In this document: positions 54,881-63,523 of the stretch, one piece after another
Numbering within the stretch: the stretch's first letter is position 1
How the letters are laid out: every line of letters begins with the position of its first letter
DNA from: Thermoanaerobaculia bacterium
GTDB taxonomy: Bacteria > Acidobacteriota > Thermoanaerobaculia > Multivoradales > J023
Assembly (NCBI GenBank): GCA_036397835.1
Contig: DASWIG010000794.1
Location: 9,698-73,697 of the forward strand
DNA length: 64,000 nucleotides
Direction of reading: 5' to 3'
The notes under the pieces: model-generated
What the model saw: only the letters and a program-made list of their open reading frames with translations
Databases searched by the model: none
Told to the model about the DNA's origin: nothing
Made by a program: the position numbers and the translations under genes

Positions 54881-57004
54881 ATGCTTGAGAATCTCCGAAT
54901 CTGGATTCCCGCCGCCTTCTTCGCCCTGGCGGTACCGGCCGCGGACGCGCCAGGGCAGCCCGCGGCCGACGAGGCCGCCCCGCCGGGAGCGATCGCCTTC
55001 ATCGACGTCAACGTGGTGCCCATGGACGCCGAGCATGTCCGCGAAGGGCAGACGGTGGTCGTCGACGGGGGCAAGATCGTCGCCGTCGGGCCGGCGGCGG
55101 AGGTGAGCGTCCCCCAGGACGCGCGGAAGATCGAAGGCCGGGGTCGGTTTCTGATGCCCGGCCTCGCCGACATGCACGTGCACCTGCTCGGCGAGGACGT
55201 GCTCCTTCTCTTCGTGGCCAACGGGGTCACGACCGTGCGCAACATGTTCGGCTCGCCCCTCCATCTGCAAATGCGGGAGAAGATCGCACGCGGTGAGCTC
55301 CTCGGGCCTCGGATCTACACCGCCGGGCCGATCATCGACGGCTCACCGCCGGAGTGGGACGGGAGCGCGGTCGTCGAGACCGCGGACCAAGCCGAAACGG
55401 AGGTCGCCAGGCAGAAGGCGGCCGGTTATGACTTTCTCAAGGTCTACGACCGACTTCCGCTCGCGGCCTACGACGCGCTGGTCCAAGCCGCTCGCGAGCA
55501 CCGGATCCCGGTGGCCGGCCACGTCCCCCGGGCGGTGGGGCTGGAGCACGTCCTGGCCTCAGGCCAGCAGTCGATCGAGCACCTGGAAGGCTACAGCGAG
55601 GCGTTGCTCGGCGGGGGCGATTCGGAGTGGAACCGCAAGCGGGCGGTCGACTTTGGTCGGGAGGTCCTGGCGGGGAGGCGGACGCTCTCCGAGCTCTTCG
55701 ACGGCGAGAAGCTCTCCAGTCTGGCGGCCGCGACCCGCGACGCCGGCGTGTGGAACGTCCCGACCCTGGTGGTGTGGCAGAGGGTGCTGGCGAGCGCCAC
55801 CGAGGCCGAGACGCTGCTCGCGCGGCCGGAGATGGCTTATGTGTCCCCGGTCATCGTCGCAACCTGGAAGCCGTCGACGGATTTCCGTCGCAGCGCGCTC
55901 GCCGACGAGGACATGAAAGCCCTTCAGGTCTTCAATCAGTTGCGCTTGGAGGAGATCCGGGCGCTCCGCCGGGCCGGCGCGCGACTCCTTCTCGGCACCG
56001 ACACACCCAACCCCTACGTGGTCCCGGGGTTCTCGATCCATCAGGAGCTGCGAAACCTGGTCGCGGCGGGATTGAGCCCCTACCAGGCGATCCGCGCGGG
56101 AACGCGCGACGCCGCCGAATTTCTCGGCGCGCACGGCGAGTTCGGCACCGTCGAGCCCGGCCGCCGGGCCGACCTCATCCTCGTCGAGGGCGACCCCCTG
56201 GCCGACGTCGGCAACGTGGCGCGGTCTCTGGGGATCATGGTGCGCGGGCGGTGGCTCGACAAGGCAGAGCTCGAGCAGAGACTGGAGCGGTTGGCCGCCT
56301 CGCACACAGCCGGCGACTGGTTCGCCGTACTGCCGCCTCTGCCCGAGGTGGGCGAGTCGGCCAACGAGATCCGTTTCGAGAAGCGCTTCAACGGGACTCA
56401 GTTTGGGGCGGAACGGCTCCTCGTGGCACGTCGCCCGGACGGCTACGAGACCCTTGTGGCGCAGGCGGTCACGGACATCGGAGGCAGGCGAACCGAGCTT
56501 CTGCGGTGGGAGCTGGATGCGGCGGGAGCCACCCGCCAGCTCATCTACGAGGGAACCGGCGGGCTCGGCTCGGCGCGTTTGGAGATCCTCCCCGAGGGCA
56601 GCCATCTAGCCGTTACCGGCCGCCTGGCGTCCAACGAGGCGATCACGAGCGTGCCACCTCTGGCCCCCGAGGTTCACATCGACATCGGCATGGCGGCGAG
56701 CTACCAGGCGCTTCTCGGCCGCCTCGATTCACTGGCGGACGGCGAGTCCCTTACCGTGAGCACCAGGAAGATCGACATCTCCGAAGGCTTCGGCCAACAC
56801 GACGAGACCCTGACCGTCAGGCGGGTGCCGGACGGTCGGCGGCGGGGAGCCTCCGCGACCATCGTGGCCCGCCTCTACGAGGTGGAGGCTCGCTCCGCGA
56901 AAGCGACGGTCCGTTACACCCTGGCGGCCGATGCCGCCGGTTTCCTGGTCAGCGCCGAGCTCGAGCACCAAATGGGCATCCTGAGCCTCCAGCGGGCCGA
57001 GTAG
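54881..57004 (+). CDS. Secreted amidohydrolase-family metallohydrolase with about 240-aa C-terminal extension
   Basis: Track ORF of 707 aa. The signal peptide is MLENLRIWIPAAFFALAVPAADA. The metal motif is 'PGLADMHVHL', and 'IPVAGHV' and 'LLLGTDTP' are also present. Confidence 0.85.
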   Translation: MLENLRIWIPAAFFALAVPAADAPGQPAADEAAPPGAIAFIDVNVVPMDAEHVREGQTVVVDGGKIVAVGPAAEVSVPQDARKIEGRGRFLMPGLADMHVHLLGEDVLLLFVANGVTTVRNMFGSPLHLQMREKIARGELLGPRIYTAGPIIDGSPPEWDGSAVVETADQAETEVARQKAAGYDFLKVYDRLPLAAYDALVQAAREHRIPVAGHVPRAVGLEHVLASGQQSIEHLEGYSEALLGGGDSEWNRKRAVDFGREVLAGRRTLSELFDGEKLSSLAAATRDAGVWNVPTLVVWQRVLASATEAETLLARPEMAYVSPVIVATWKPSTDFRRSALADEDMKALQVFNQLRLEEIRALRRAGARLLLGTDTPNPYVVPGFSIHQELRNLVAAGLSPYQAIRAGTRDAAEFLGAHGEFGTVEPGRRADLILVEGDPLADVGNVARSLGIMVRGRWLDKAELEQRLERLAASHTAGDWFAVLPPLPEVGESANEIRFEKRFNGTQFGAERLLVARRPDGYETLVAQAVTDIGGRRTELLRWELDAAGATRQLIYEGTGGLGSARLEILPEGSHLAVTGRLASNEAITSVPPLAPEVHIDIGMAASYQALLGRLDSLADGESLTVSTRKIDISEGFGQHDETLTVRRVPDGRRRGASATIVARLYEVEARSAKATVRYTLAADAAGFLVSAELEHQMGILSLQRAE

Positions 57005-57044
57005 ACGACCGCCGGCGCAAGCCGAAAGACGTCACATCGCGGGT

Positions 57045-58253
57045 TCAGGAGCCAGGCTCTCCGGCTCGACTCGGGGAGCTCCCCGGTGACCCATTCCGCA
57101 ACCGGGCGAGAAAACGGCCCATGCGTTCTAGAGCTTCCGAGATGACGCTGGAGGAGACGGAGAAGGAGCAGCGAACGAAATCGCCGCCGCCCTGCCCGAA
57201 GATCTGGCCCGGTATGACGACGACCCTCTCCTCCTCGACCAACCGTTCGGCGAACTCAACGCCGCTCAGACCGGTGCTCTTCACCGAGGGAAAGGCGTAG
57301 AAGGCGCCGCGCGGCTCGACGCAGTCGAGACCGAGGCGGAGGAGCCCTTCGTGAAGTTGGCGGCGGCGGCGGTCGAACTCGAGGCGCATCTTCTCGAGAT
57401 TGCTCTCGCCGCTCTCCAGAGCGCAGAGCGCGGCCCTCTGGGCCGTTACCGGAGGACACATGACCATGTACTGGTGGACCCTGATCAGCGCTTCGATCAG
57501 CTCGGCATGACCCGCCACATAACCGAGCCGCCAGCCGGTCATGGCGTAGGCCTTGGAGAAGCCACCGAGCAGGAGGGTCCGCTCCTGCATCCCGTCGAGG
57601 CCGGCCAGGCAGACGTGCTCGACGCCGTAGGTCAGGCGGTCGTAAACCTCGTCGGAGAGGAGCAGCAGATCGTGCCTTCGCACCACGCCGGCCAGCTCCT
57701 CGGCAACGGCGCGCTCGAGCACCGCGCCGGTCGGGTTGTTGGGGTAGTTGAGCACGATCGCCTTGGTCTGGGGCGTGATCGCCGATTCGACGGCGGCGGC
57801 GGCAACCTGGAAGCGGTTCTCGGCCCGCACCGGAACCGCCACCGGAGTGCCTCCCGCCAGGCTGATGGTGGGAACGTAGCAGAGATAGTTGGGTTGGGGG
57901 ACGAGGACCTCGTCGCCCGGATTGAGGAGGACGGTGAGGCTGGCGTGCAGCCCCTGGGATGTTCCCACAGTGAGCAGGATCTCCTTCGCCGGGTCGTAAG
58001 CGACGCCATAGAGTCGCTCCAGATGCCGCGCGACCGCAGCCCTGAGCTCGGGAATGCCCGAGAGGATCGTGTAGCCGGTTTCTCCCCGCCGCAGGGAGGC
58101 GATGGCCGCCTCACGGATGGGCTCGGGGGTGACGAAATCAGGCTCTCCGATGCCCAGCGAGACGACGTCGCGATGGTTGAGGGCGAGCTCGAAGAAGCGG
58201 CGCATACCGGTCCGGGGCATCTGGATGACGCGGTCGGCAAGCCGTCGATGCAT
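57045..58253 (-). CDS. PLP-dependent aminotransferase, class I/II (aspartate aminotransferase fold)
   Basis: Start reassigned to MHRRLADRV (SD GGAG 5 nt upstream). 'NYPNNPTG' and 'GGFSKAYAMTGWRLGY' (PLP Lys) are present. Confidence 0.9.
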   Translation of the reverse strand: MHRRLADRVIQMPRTGMRRFFELALNHRDVVSLGIGEPDFVTPEPIREAAIASLRRGETGYTILSGIPELRAAVARHLERLYGVAYDPAKEILLTVGTSQGLHASLTVLLNPGDEVLVPQPNYLCYVPTISLAGGTPVAVPVRAENRFQVAAAAVESAITPQTKAIVLNYPNNPTGAVLERAVAEELAGVVRRHDLLLLSDEVYDRLTYGVEHVCLAGLDGMQERTLLLGGFSKAYAMTGWRLGYVAGHAELIEALIRVHQYMVMCPPVTAQRAALCALESGESNLEKMRLEFDRRRRQLHEGLLRLGLDCVEPRGAFYAFPSVKSTGLSGVEFAERLVEEERVVVIPGQIFGQGGGDFVRCSFSVSSSVISEALERMGRFLARLRNGSPGSSPSRAGEPGS

Positions 58254-58370
58254 GGATTCTCCCCTGCTCCAAGCCGGTGCTGTCGTCAAGTGGCGTGGTC
58301 TCCTGCGGGCATCATACAATACCGGCCAGGAGTCGACCAAACCAAGAAACGACCGCCGGAGGTGGAAGCG

Positions 58371-59411
58371 ATGGACGAGGCCAGAATCTGGTTGGGGAAA
58401 GATCTCAGCTCCTGGACGGCGAGCATGCTCAGCGGCGTGACCCGCGCCTACCTCGTCTTTGCCCTCGAGGAGGCGGGCGTGTTCGAGGCGCTGCGACGGG
58501 CGGACGGGGAAGGGCGCACCGTTGACGAACTGGCCGCCGAGTGCGGGCTGAACCGCCGCCTCCTCGACGGCGCCCTGACCTTCCTGGCCCTTGCCGACGA
58601 AGTGCTGGCGAAGAACGACGGCCGCTTCACCCTGGGGGAGCAGGCCGAATGGCTCGCCGAGGACATGACTCGGGGGATCTCCCTGCTCTACGTCGGAGGC
58701 TATTCGTGCCTGCTCTCGAATCTCCTACCCGCCTTGCGTGAGGAGAAGCGGTACGGCGAGGACTTCGTCAGGCCCGGGGACATGATCGCCCGCGGCAGCT
58801 ACGTCGCCACCCGCGCCAACTATTCCTGGATCGTCTCCGAGCTGGCGAGTCTGGGGGTGGAGGTGGTGGCCGACCTCGGCTGCGGCGCAGCCCACATCCT
58901 GATCGACGTTTGCCGCCGCCGCCCCGGCCTGCGCGGGGTGGGCATCGACATCTCACCCGAAGCGCTGGTGGAAGCGCGGCACTCGGTGGAAGAAGCCGGT
59001 CTCGCTGACCGCATCAGGCTCATTCAGGGCGACGTCACCCGGCCCGGAGACTATGCGGCTGATCTCGACGACGTGCAAGCGTTCAACGCCAACTTCGTGC
59101 TCCACGAGTTCTTGCGCGACGGTGAAGACTCGGTGGTCGAGCTACTGCGCCGGATGAAGTACCTCTTCCCTGGCCGTTACCTGGTGGTCTCCGAGTTCGA
59201 CGCGCCGTCGGACGAGCAGTATGAGGCCTACCCGATTCCGGACCGGATCTTCATGCTATTCTATCAGCACATCATCCACCCGATGAGCTGGCAGGGCCTG
59301 CCAATCTCGACCGCACGCTGGCGCGACATCTACGACCGGGCCGGCGTCGAGATCATCAAGATCAAGCAAGACCATCCGCGCCGCCTACACGTCCACCTGG
59401 GGCGTTTCTGA
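58371..59411 (+). CDS. Class I SAM-dependent methyltransferase with N-terminal wHTH/dimerisation region (O-methyltransferase family 2-like)
   Basis: Start reassigned to MDEARIWLG (SD GGAGGTG upstream). Motif I is 'VADLGCGAAHIL'. The upstream part of the 686-aa track ORF is antisense to the aminotransferase. Confidence 0.8.
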   Translation: MDEARIWLGKDLSSWTASMLSGVTRAYLVFALEEAGVFEALRRADGEGRTVDELAAECGLNRRLLDGALTFLALADEVLAKNDGRFTLGEQAEWLAEDMTRGISLLYVGGYSCLLSNLLPALREEKRYGEDFVRPGDMIARGSYVATRANYSWIVSELASLGVEVVADLGCGAAHILIDVCRRRPGLRGVGIDISPEALVEARHSVEEAGLADRIRLIQGDVTRPGDYAADLDDVQAFNANFVLHEFLRDGEDSVVELLRRMKYLFPGRYLVVSEFDAPSDEQYEAYPIPDRIFMLFYQHIIHPMSWQGLPISTARWRDIYDRAGVEIIKIKQDHPRRLHVHLGRF

Positions 59412-59459
59412 AGGGGGTCGCCCGGGAGGCCTTCGCCTCGATTCCGCGTCCGTGGGCTC

Positions 59460-60107
59460 TCAATGCCCGATCGACGTTCCCGGACGCGGCCGAAGGCCGG
59501 GAATGAAAGCTGGAGTCGCCGCAGCGTATCGCTCGTAGGCTTGCCCGAACTGCTCCCGGGCCTCCCGTTCTTCGCGGCGGGCGAGGCGGACGTAGGCGAT
59601 GACGAGGATCGGGAACATCAAGAGGGTCAGGAAAGTCGGCCAGGTGAGGAGATAGCCGAGCATCAGCAAGATGAAGGCATCGTACTGTGGATGGCGAACC
59701 AGGGCATAGAGTCCCGTCGTCGCCAGCTTGCCCTCGGTTTGAGCTGCGTGAAGCTCTATCCAGGCAAAGAGCACGATACCCAAAGACCCGAGGATGAGGA
59801 GCGACGCCAGCAGATATACTGGATGTGAATGTGGCATCCCCTTGAGATTGAGGAGCGTGTGCCACAGATGCCCCGACTCATGCGATGAAAAGTCGACCTC
59901 GGGGAAGCGGCTCGCCAACCATCCGGACAGCAGGTACAAGGTCAAAGGGAATCCGTACATCTCGACGAAGAGCGCGACGATGAACGCCGTGAAGGCTCCG
60001 AAGGAACGCCAGTCGCGAGTGGTGGCGGGCCGAGCGAAGCTCATCGCAAAGATGATGAAGAAGGCGCTGAAGAATATGACAGCGGGCCAGTTGCCGTAGC
60101 CACCCAT
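59460..60107 (-). CDS. Membrane methyltransferase of the ICMT/PEMT (isoprenylcysteine carboxyl / phospholipid methyltransferase) family
   Basis: Track ORF of 215 aa with about 5 TM helices and the signature 'TTGLYALVRHPQY..ILLMLG'. Confidence 0.8.
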   Translation of the reverse strand: MGGYGNWPAVIFFSAFFIIFAMSFARPATTRDWRSFGAFTAFIVALFVEMYGFPLTLYLLSGWLASRFPEVDFSSHESGHLWHTLLNLKGMPHSHPVYLLASLLILGSLGIVLFAWIELHAAQTEGKLATTGLYALVRHPQYDAFILLMLGYLLTWPTFLTLLMFPILVIAYVRLARREEREAREQFGQAYERYAAATPAFIPGLRPRPGTSIGH

Positions 60108-60170
60108 GGCGCGATCTCTCTCCTTTGCTCTCCGGATCTCCGCAGAAGCCGCGAGGACGGATCGGCGTCA

Positions 60171-60215
60171 GCCGCGGGATTCTCCAGATTGGCGTCTGCC
60201 GCAGGATTCTACAGA
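60171..60215. repeat. Imperfect 18-nt direct repeat with an embedded 8-bp hairpin in a divergent intergenic region
   Basis: gccgcgggattctccaga (60171-60188) and gccgcaggattctacaga (60198-60215) share 16 of 18 positions. ggcgtctg (60191-60198) and cagacgcc (60212-60219) are inverted. Confidence 0.4.
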
Positions 60216-60447
60216 CGCCGCGGGAGACCGTCAACCCCGTCAGGCGGCCGCGAGCCGGCCTCGGGCGCCGAGCCTGGCCGCGACGCGCGCGCCGACCATC
60301 GCGGGAACCGGACGAGCGCGCGTCCCTCGCACCTGGGCGGCAGGCAGGTCTTTCTATTCCGGTGGCTTGTCTGCTACTGTTTCGGACCATCGCAGCGATC
60401 TCGTGCGGAAGCTCGCGGCGACCGGCAAGAGGACCGTCATCGACGCG

Positions 60448-60861
60448 ATGGAGGCCAAGGTGGAAGACAACCGCCAGGCGCGAGCACCGAGGACCGCGGT
60501 GAGAGGGACGCCGCGCGAGGGGACGAAAGCTCTCGGCGCGGCCACCTCCGGCGCCGGAGCTGCGCTGCTGGCCACCGCCGCCAGCGCCTGCTGCGTCGGC
60601 CCGGCCCTCGCACCGGTCGTCGTTGCCGTTCTCGGTGCCAGTGGCGCCGCCTGGGCGGCGGGGCTCAAGCCGTACAGCCCCTATCTTCTCGCCGCTGCCC
60701 TCGGGTCGTTGCTCTACGGCTTCCGCGTGGCCTACCGGCGGCCCACGGGCTGCCCTGACGGCGCCTGTGCCAGGAGCAGGCCGCCCGCAGCCAGGCTGGT
60801 CTTGTGGGTCGCGGCGGCCGTGTGGTTTGGTGCCGCCCTCGTTAATTCGGTTTGGCGTTGA
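60448..60861 (+). CDS. merT: MerT-family mercuric-ion transport membrane protein homologue
   Basis: 'LLATAASACCVGPALAPVVVAVLGASGAAW..LKPYSPYLLAAALGSLLYGFRVAYRRPTGCPDGACA..RLVLWVAAAVWFGAAL' parallels Tn21 MerT as I recall it: '..ILASACCLGPLVLIALGFSGAWI..LEPYRPIFIG..FFAWRRIYRP..ACKPGEVCA..YKLIFW..'. It shares the CC pair in TM1, the cytoplasmic Cys pair and three TM helices. The start is uncertain: ATG 60448 or GTG 60403. Confidence 0.65.
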   Translation: MEAKVEDNRQARAPRTAVRGTPREGTKALGAATSGAGAALLATAASACCVGPALAPVVVAVLGASGAAWAAGLKPYSPYLLAAALGSLLYGFRVAYRRPTGCPDGACARSRPPAARLVLWVAAAVWFGAALVNSVWR

Positions 60862-60874
60862 AAAGGAGCTCTCC

Positions 60875-61483
60875 ATGCCACGGACGCCCTATTGGACCTC
60901 GATCTTCACGGTACTTTCCCTCGTGGCAGGCCCCGGCGCCGCGTGGTCGGGCCACTCGGTGATCGGCCACGGCCTCGAGCCTCTGCGTTCGGATTTCAAC
61001 GCTGCTCGCGGTCACCTGCGGGCCATTCTGCTCGCCTCCCCCACGTGAGGGGTCTGTCTTCGGGGGGTCTCCGAAGTACAGAAGAAGTGGTTGGCCAAGG
61101 ACGGCAGGCAGGAGATCACGGTGTTCGTGGTGTGGTCGTCTCAGCTCGGAGCCAAGGAGGAGCACCTCCCCGGCGCCATGGAGCTCATGCCCGATCCGCG
61201 GGCACGCCACTACTGGGACCCGAGCGACCAGATCGGCCGAGCGTACCAGAGCCAGCTGCCCGATCCCAGCGCTGATGGGGCAGCATTCAAGCTCAAGACC
61301 GCGGCCTGGGACGTCTGGATGCTCTTTGACCGGGAGGTGTCTTGGGACCAGGGCGGCGTACCGCTGCCCGGGTGGTGGGAGCACCAGCTCCGCGAATTGC
61401 CGCAGGAGCTGCGCCTGGATCCGGAGCGATTCGCGCAAAAGGCGGCTGAGTTTCCCGAACGCGCCCCATCGGACCCGCGTTGA
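60875..61483 (+). CDS. Secreted thioredoxin-fold protein, candidate selenoprotein (UGVC redox motif; in-frame UGA at 61046-61048)
   Basis: The ATG at 60875 has SD AAAGGAG 6 nt upstream. The ORF reads MPRTPYWTSIFTVLSLVAGPGAAW..RAILLASPT-[TGA]-GVCLRGVSEVQKKWLAKDGRQEITVFVVW... The same frame continues without stops into track ORF 61091-61483. G/C3 bias is high on both sides of the TGA, a hairpin lies just downstream, and the beta-strand-UxxC-helix context is Trx-like. Confidence 0.6.
61055..61080 (+). promoter_or_regulatory. Candidate bacterial SECIS hairpin
   Basis: The sequence is tgt-cttcgg / ggggtct / ccgaag-(t)-aca. The 6-bp core stem is extended by 3 bp with a bulged U. The G-rich apical loop starts 16 nt after the UGA. 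Confidence 0.5.
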
Positions 61484-61673
61484 AGGTGCTCGGCTCGGCG
61501 TCGCCAGGTCGTGAAAGCGATGCAGAGCGGCGGCAGCTCGCGCTCCGTGAACGACTTGCGGATGATCCGGGGCGTCAGGGCGATCAGGATCTCGCCCTGG
61601 TCCGTGGTGGAGGCGTCGAAGAACGAGACGAACGTCGAGCCCGGCTCCCCCGCCGCCGACTTCGCTCCCGTCC

Positions 61674-62108
61674 TCAGGAATCCGCTGAGCAGGAACGACT
61701 CGCCCGCGGCGAGCCGCGCGCTCCACCGGGTGCTGCGAGTCGCGGTGACCGGCCCGAAGCCCGCGGTGGCGGTGACGTCGTGGGCGGCGAGCTCGACCCG
61801 GATCTCGACCGCGTCGCTCGCCGCCCTGACCTCGGCGTCTCCTGAAGACCGGAGCCGCTGGCGAAGCTGCTCTCGAACGGCCTCCCGAGCCGGGTCGTCC
61901 TCGTCGAGCCCCCCGTCAGGGGCCGAGCGATCCACGGCCGGCCCACCGTGCTCGCGGGGAAGATCTTCGCCAGGTCTGTCCGCGTGAGCGCGGCGGTCTC
62001 GTTGTCAGCGCGGACGACGACCCGGAAACAATCCTCGGCCGGCTCCGCTGCGGCGAGCATGGCGGGAAACAACCAGGCGGCGAGGACCGCGGCCATTCCT
62101 TCCCTCAT
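61674..62108 (-). CDS. Signal-peptide ORF with frame ambiguity (possible frameshifted gene/pseudogene, or two overlapping genes)
   Basis: The N-terminus MREGMAAVLAAWLFPAMLAAAEP..FRVVVRADNETAALTRTDLAKIF looks real. After about nt 61930 the product becomes Arg/Ser/Pro-rich junk. Meanwhile another frame (track ORF 61210-61935) reads protein-like (..GESFLLSGFLRTG..GEILIALTPRIIRKSF..) with better G/C3. Confidence 0.3.
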   Translation of the reverse strand: MREGMAAVLAAWLFPAMLAAAEPAEDCFRVVVRADNETAALTRTDLAKIFPASTVGRPWIARPLTGGSTRTTRLGRPFESSFASGSGLQETPRSGRRATRSRSGSSSPPTTSPPPRASGRSPRLAAPGGARGSPRASRSCSADS

Positions 62109-62140
62109 TGGTGAGTCTTACGGACGAGGGACCTCGAACG

Positions 62141-63424
62141 TCACTCGCCGACGGGCTCCGCCACCGGCAGCGATTCGAGGTAGGCGTCCGGAGAGAACGG
62201 CTCCAGGGACCGGACCATCTCGGGCAGAAAGTCGCAGCGGCTCGTGTGGGTGCGCCGCGCCTGCTCGAAGAGCCACTCCCGCGCCTGCTCCTTCGTGGGA
62301 CGCTCGCCGCGGCCCATCCAGTAGTCGAGGAGGCGCTGGAAGCCCGGCGTCGCCGGGCAGTGCCAGGGCTGGGTCCGGCGGTCGATCTTCTTGTGCGTCC
62401 ACCAGCTCCAGCCGACGCCCGCGGCGTTCAGCATCGCCGTCGCCCGGCGGTTGACGTCGAAGGGCTCCCCCTGCTCGCCGGTCTCGCCGTGCCAGAGCGG
62501 CACCTTGTACTTGCGCCGCAGCTTCTCCCAGCGCTCGAGGCCCTCGGCCGTCGAGGTGGGCGGATAGCTGTGGAAGGCGACAACCAGGTGGGGGTCCCAG
62601 TCGAGGGGCTCGAGGACCGAGAAGTCCTGGGCCCATTCGTCGCCCTCGACGAAGATCAGGCCGTGCGGGTCCACGGCGCGGATCGCCGCGGTCAGCTTCA
62701 CGTAGAGCCGGCGCAGGAGCGCCGGGTCGACGCCTTGGTACCGCCGCAGCAGGGGCTCATTGAGGAGGTCGTAGCCGAGGATCCGCGGGTTGCCCGCGTA
62801 GCGCCCGGCGATCTTCACCCACAGCTCTTCGAGGCGGGGCCAGAAGACGTCCTTCTCGGTCCACAGACGCGCCTGCCCGTCGCTGTCGGCGATGTTCTCG
62901 GCGTTCTGCGCTCCGGGGGCGCCGTGCATGTCCCAGATGACGCCGATCTCGTGCTTCCCGGCCCACTCGACGACCCGGTCGAGCCAGCGGAAGCCGTCCT
63001 CCGAGTAGACGAACGGAGGCGACGCCGGCTGGCCGTCCCGCGGCTGGAGCCGCGACGCCAGGAGCGCGATGCGGATCGAGTCGGCGCCGAAGGACTTGAT
63101 CGCGCGTACATCGTCCTCGGTGAAGAAGCTCTCGTAGTAGAGGCGCCAGAACTCCTTCGCGTCGTCCTCGCCCACCAGGTCGACGATCGCGGCTTCGAAC
63201 TGGCGCGGCCGGTCGAGGGTGCGGATTCCCCACATGTAGCCTTCCGGCAGCAGCCAGCCGCCGATCCCGAAGCCCCGGAGCAGGACCGGCTTGCCGGTCG
63301 CGCGGTCGACGACGTCGCCGCCGCGGGTCGTGTACGGCGGCGGCTCCGCCGTCACTGCGGCGGCGGACAGGAAGGCGGCGGACAGGACGACGGACAGGGC
63401 GAGGACGACTTTCGTTCTCTTCAT
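62141..63424 (-). CDS. Secreted glycoside hydrolase family 5 (cellulase-like)
   Basis: Start reassigned to MKRTKVVLALSVVLSAAFLSAAAVTA (signal peptide). The acid/base motif is 'YDLLNEPL' and the nucleophile motif is 'LWHGETGE'. The 5' 175 codons of the track ORF are antisense to the next gene. Confidence 0.85.
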   Translation of the reverse strand: MKRTKVVLALSVVLSAAFLSAAAVTAEPPPYTTRGGDVVDRATGKPVLLRGFGIGGWLLPEGYMWGIRTLDRPRQFEAAIVDLVGEDDAKEFWRLYYESFFTEDDVRAIKSFGADSIRIALLASRLQPRDGQPASPPFVYSEDGFRWLDRVVEWAGKHEIGVIWDMHGAPGAQNAENIADSDGQARLWTEKDVFWPRLEELWVKIAGRYAGNPRILGYDLLNEPLLRRYQGVDPALLRRLYVKLTAAIRAVDPHGLIFVEGDEWAQDFSVLEPLDWDPHLVVAFHSYPPTSTAEGLERWEKLRRKYKVPLWHGETGEQGEPFDVNRRATAMLNAAGVGWSWWTHKKIDRRTQPWHCPATPGFQRLLDYWMGRGERPTKEQAREWLFEQARRTHTSRCDFLPEMVRSLEPFSPDAYLESLPVAEPVGE

Positions 63425-63523
63425 GAGCCTGAATCGTATCGTCCTCGTCGCCGCCTGCCACAGGATCGGCGTGCTACGATGCCCCGTAACGGAACCGGCG
63501 CGGTAGAGAGCCAGAGACGCGGA

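Noticed and set aside
54776-55270. N-terminal 165 codons of the 1370-aa PKS ORF
   Set aside because: They overlap the divergent amidohydrolase gene, and the FAAL homology begins only after the GTG at 54775.
57351-58370. 5' half of the 686-aa ORF ending at 59411
   Set aside because: It is antisense to the aminotransferase. Methyltransferase homology and the SD begin at 58371.
60106-60447. 5' extension of the MerT-like ORF (251-aa track ORF)
   Set aside because: Third-position G/C bias collapses upstream of about 60385, and the region contains the intergenic repeats. A GTG start at 60403 cannot be excluded.
60842-61726. 294-aa minus-strand ORF
   Set aside because: It is in the codon-complementary antisense frame of the candidate selenoprotein gene and has no motifs.
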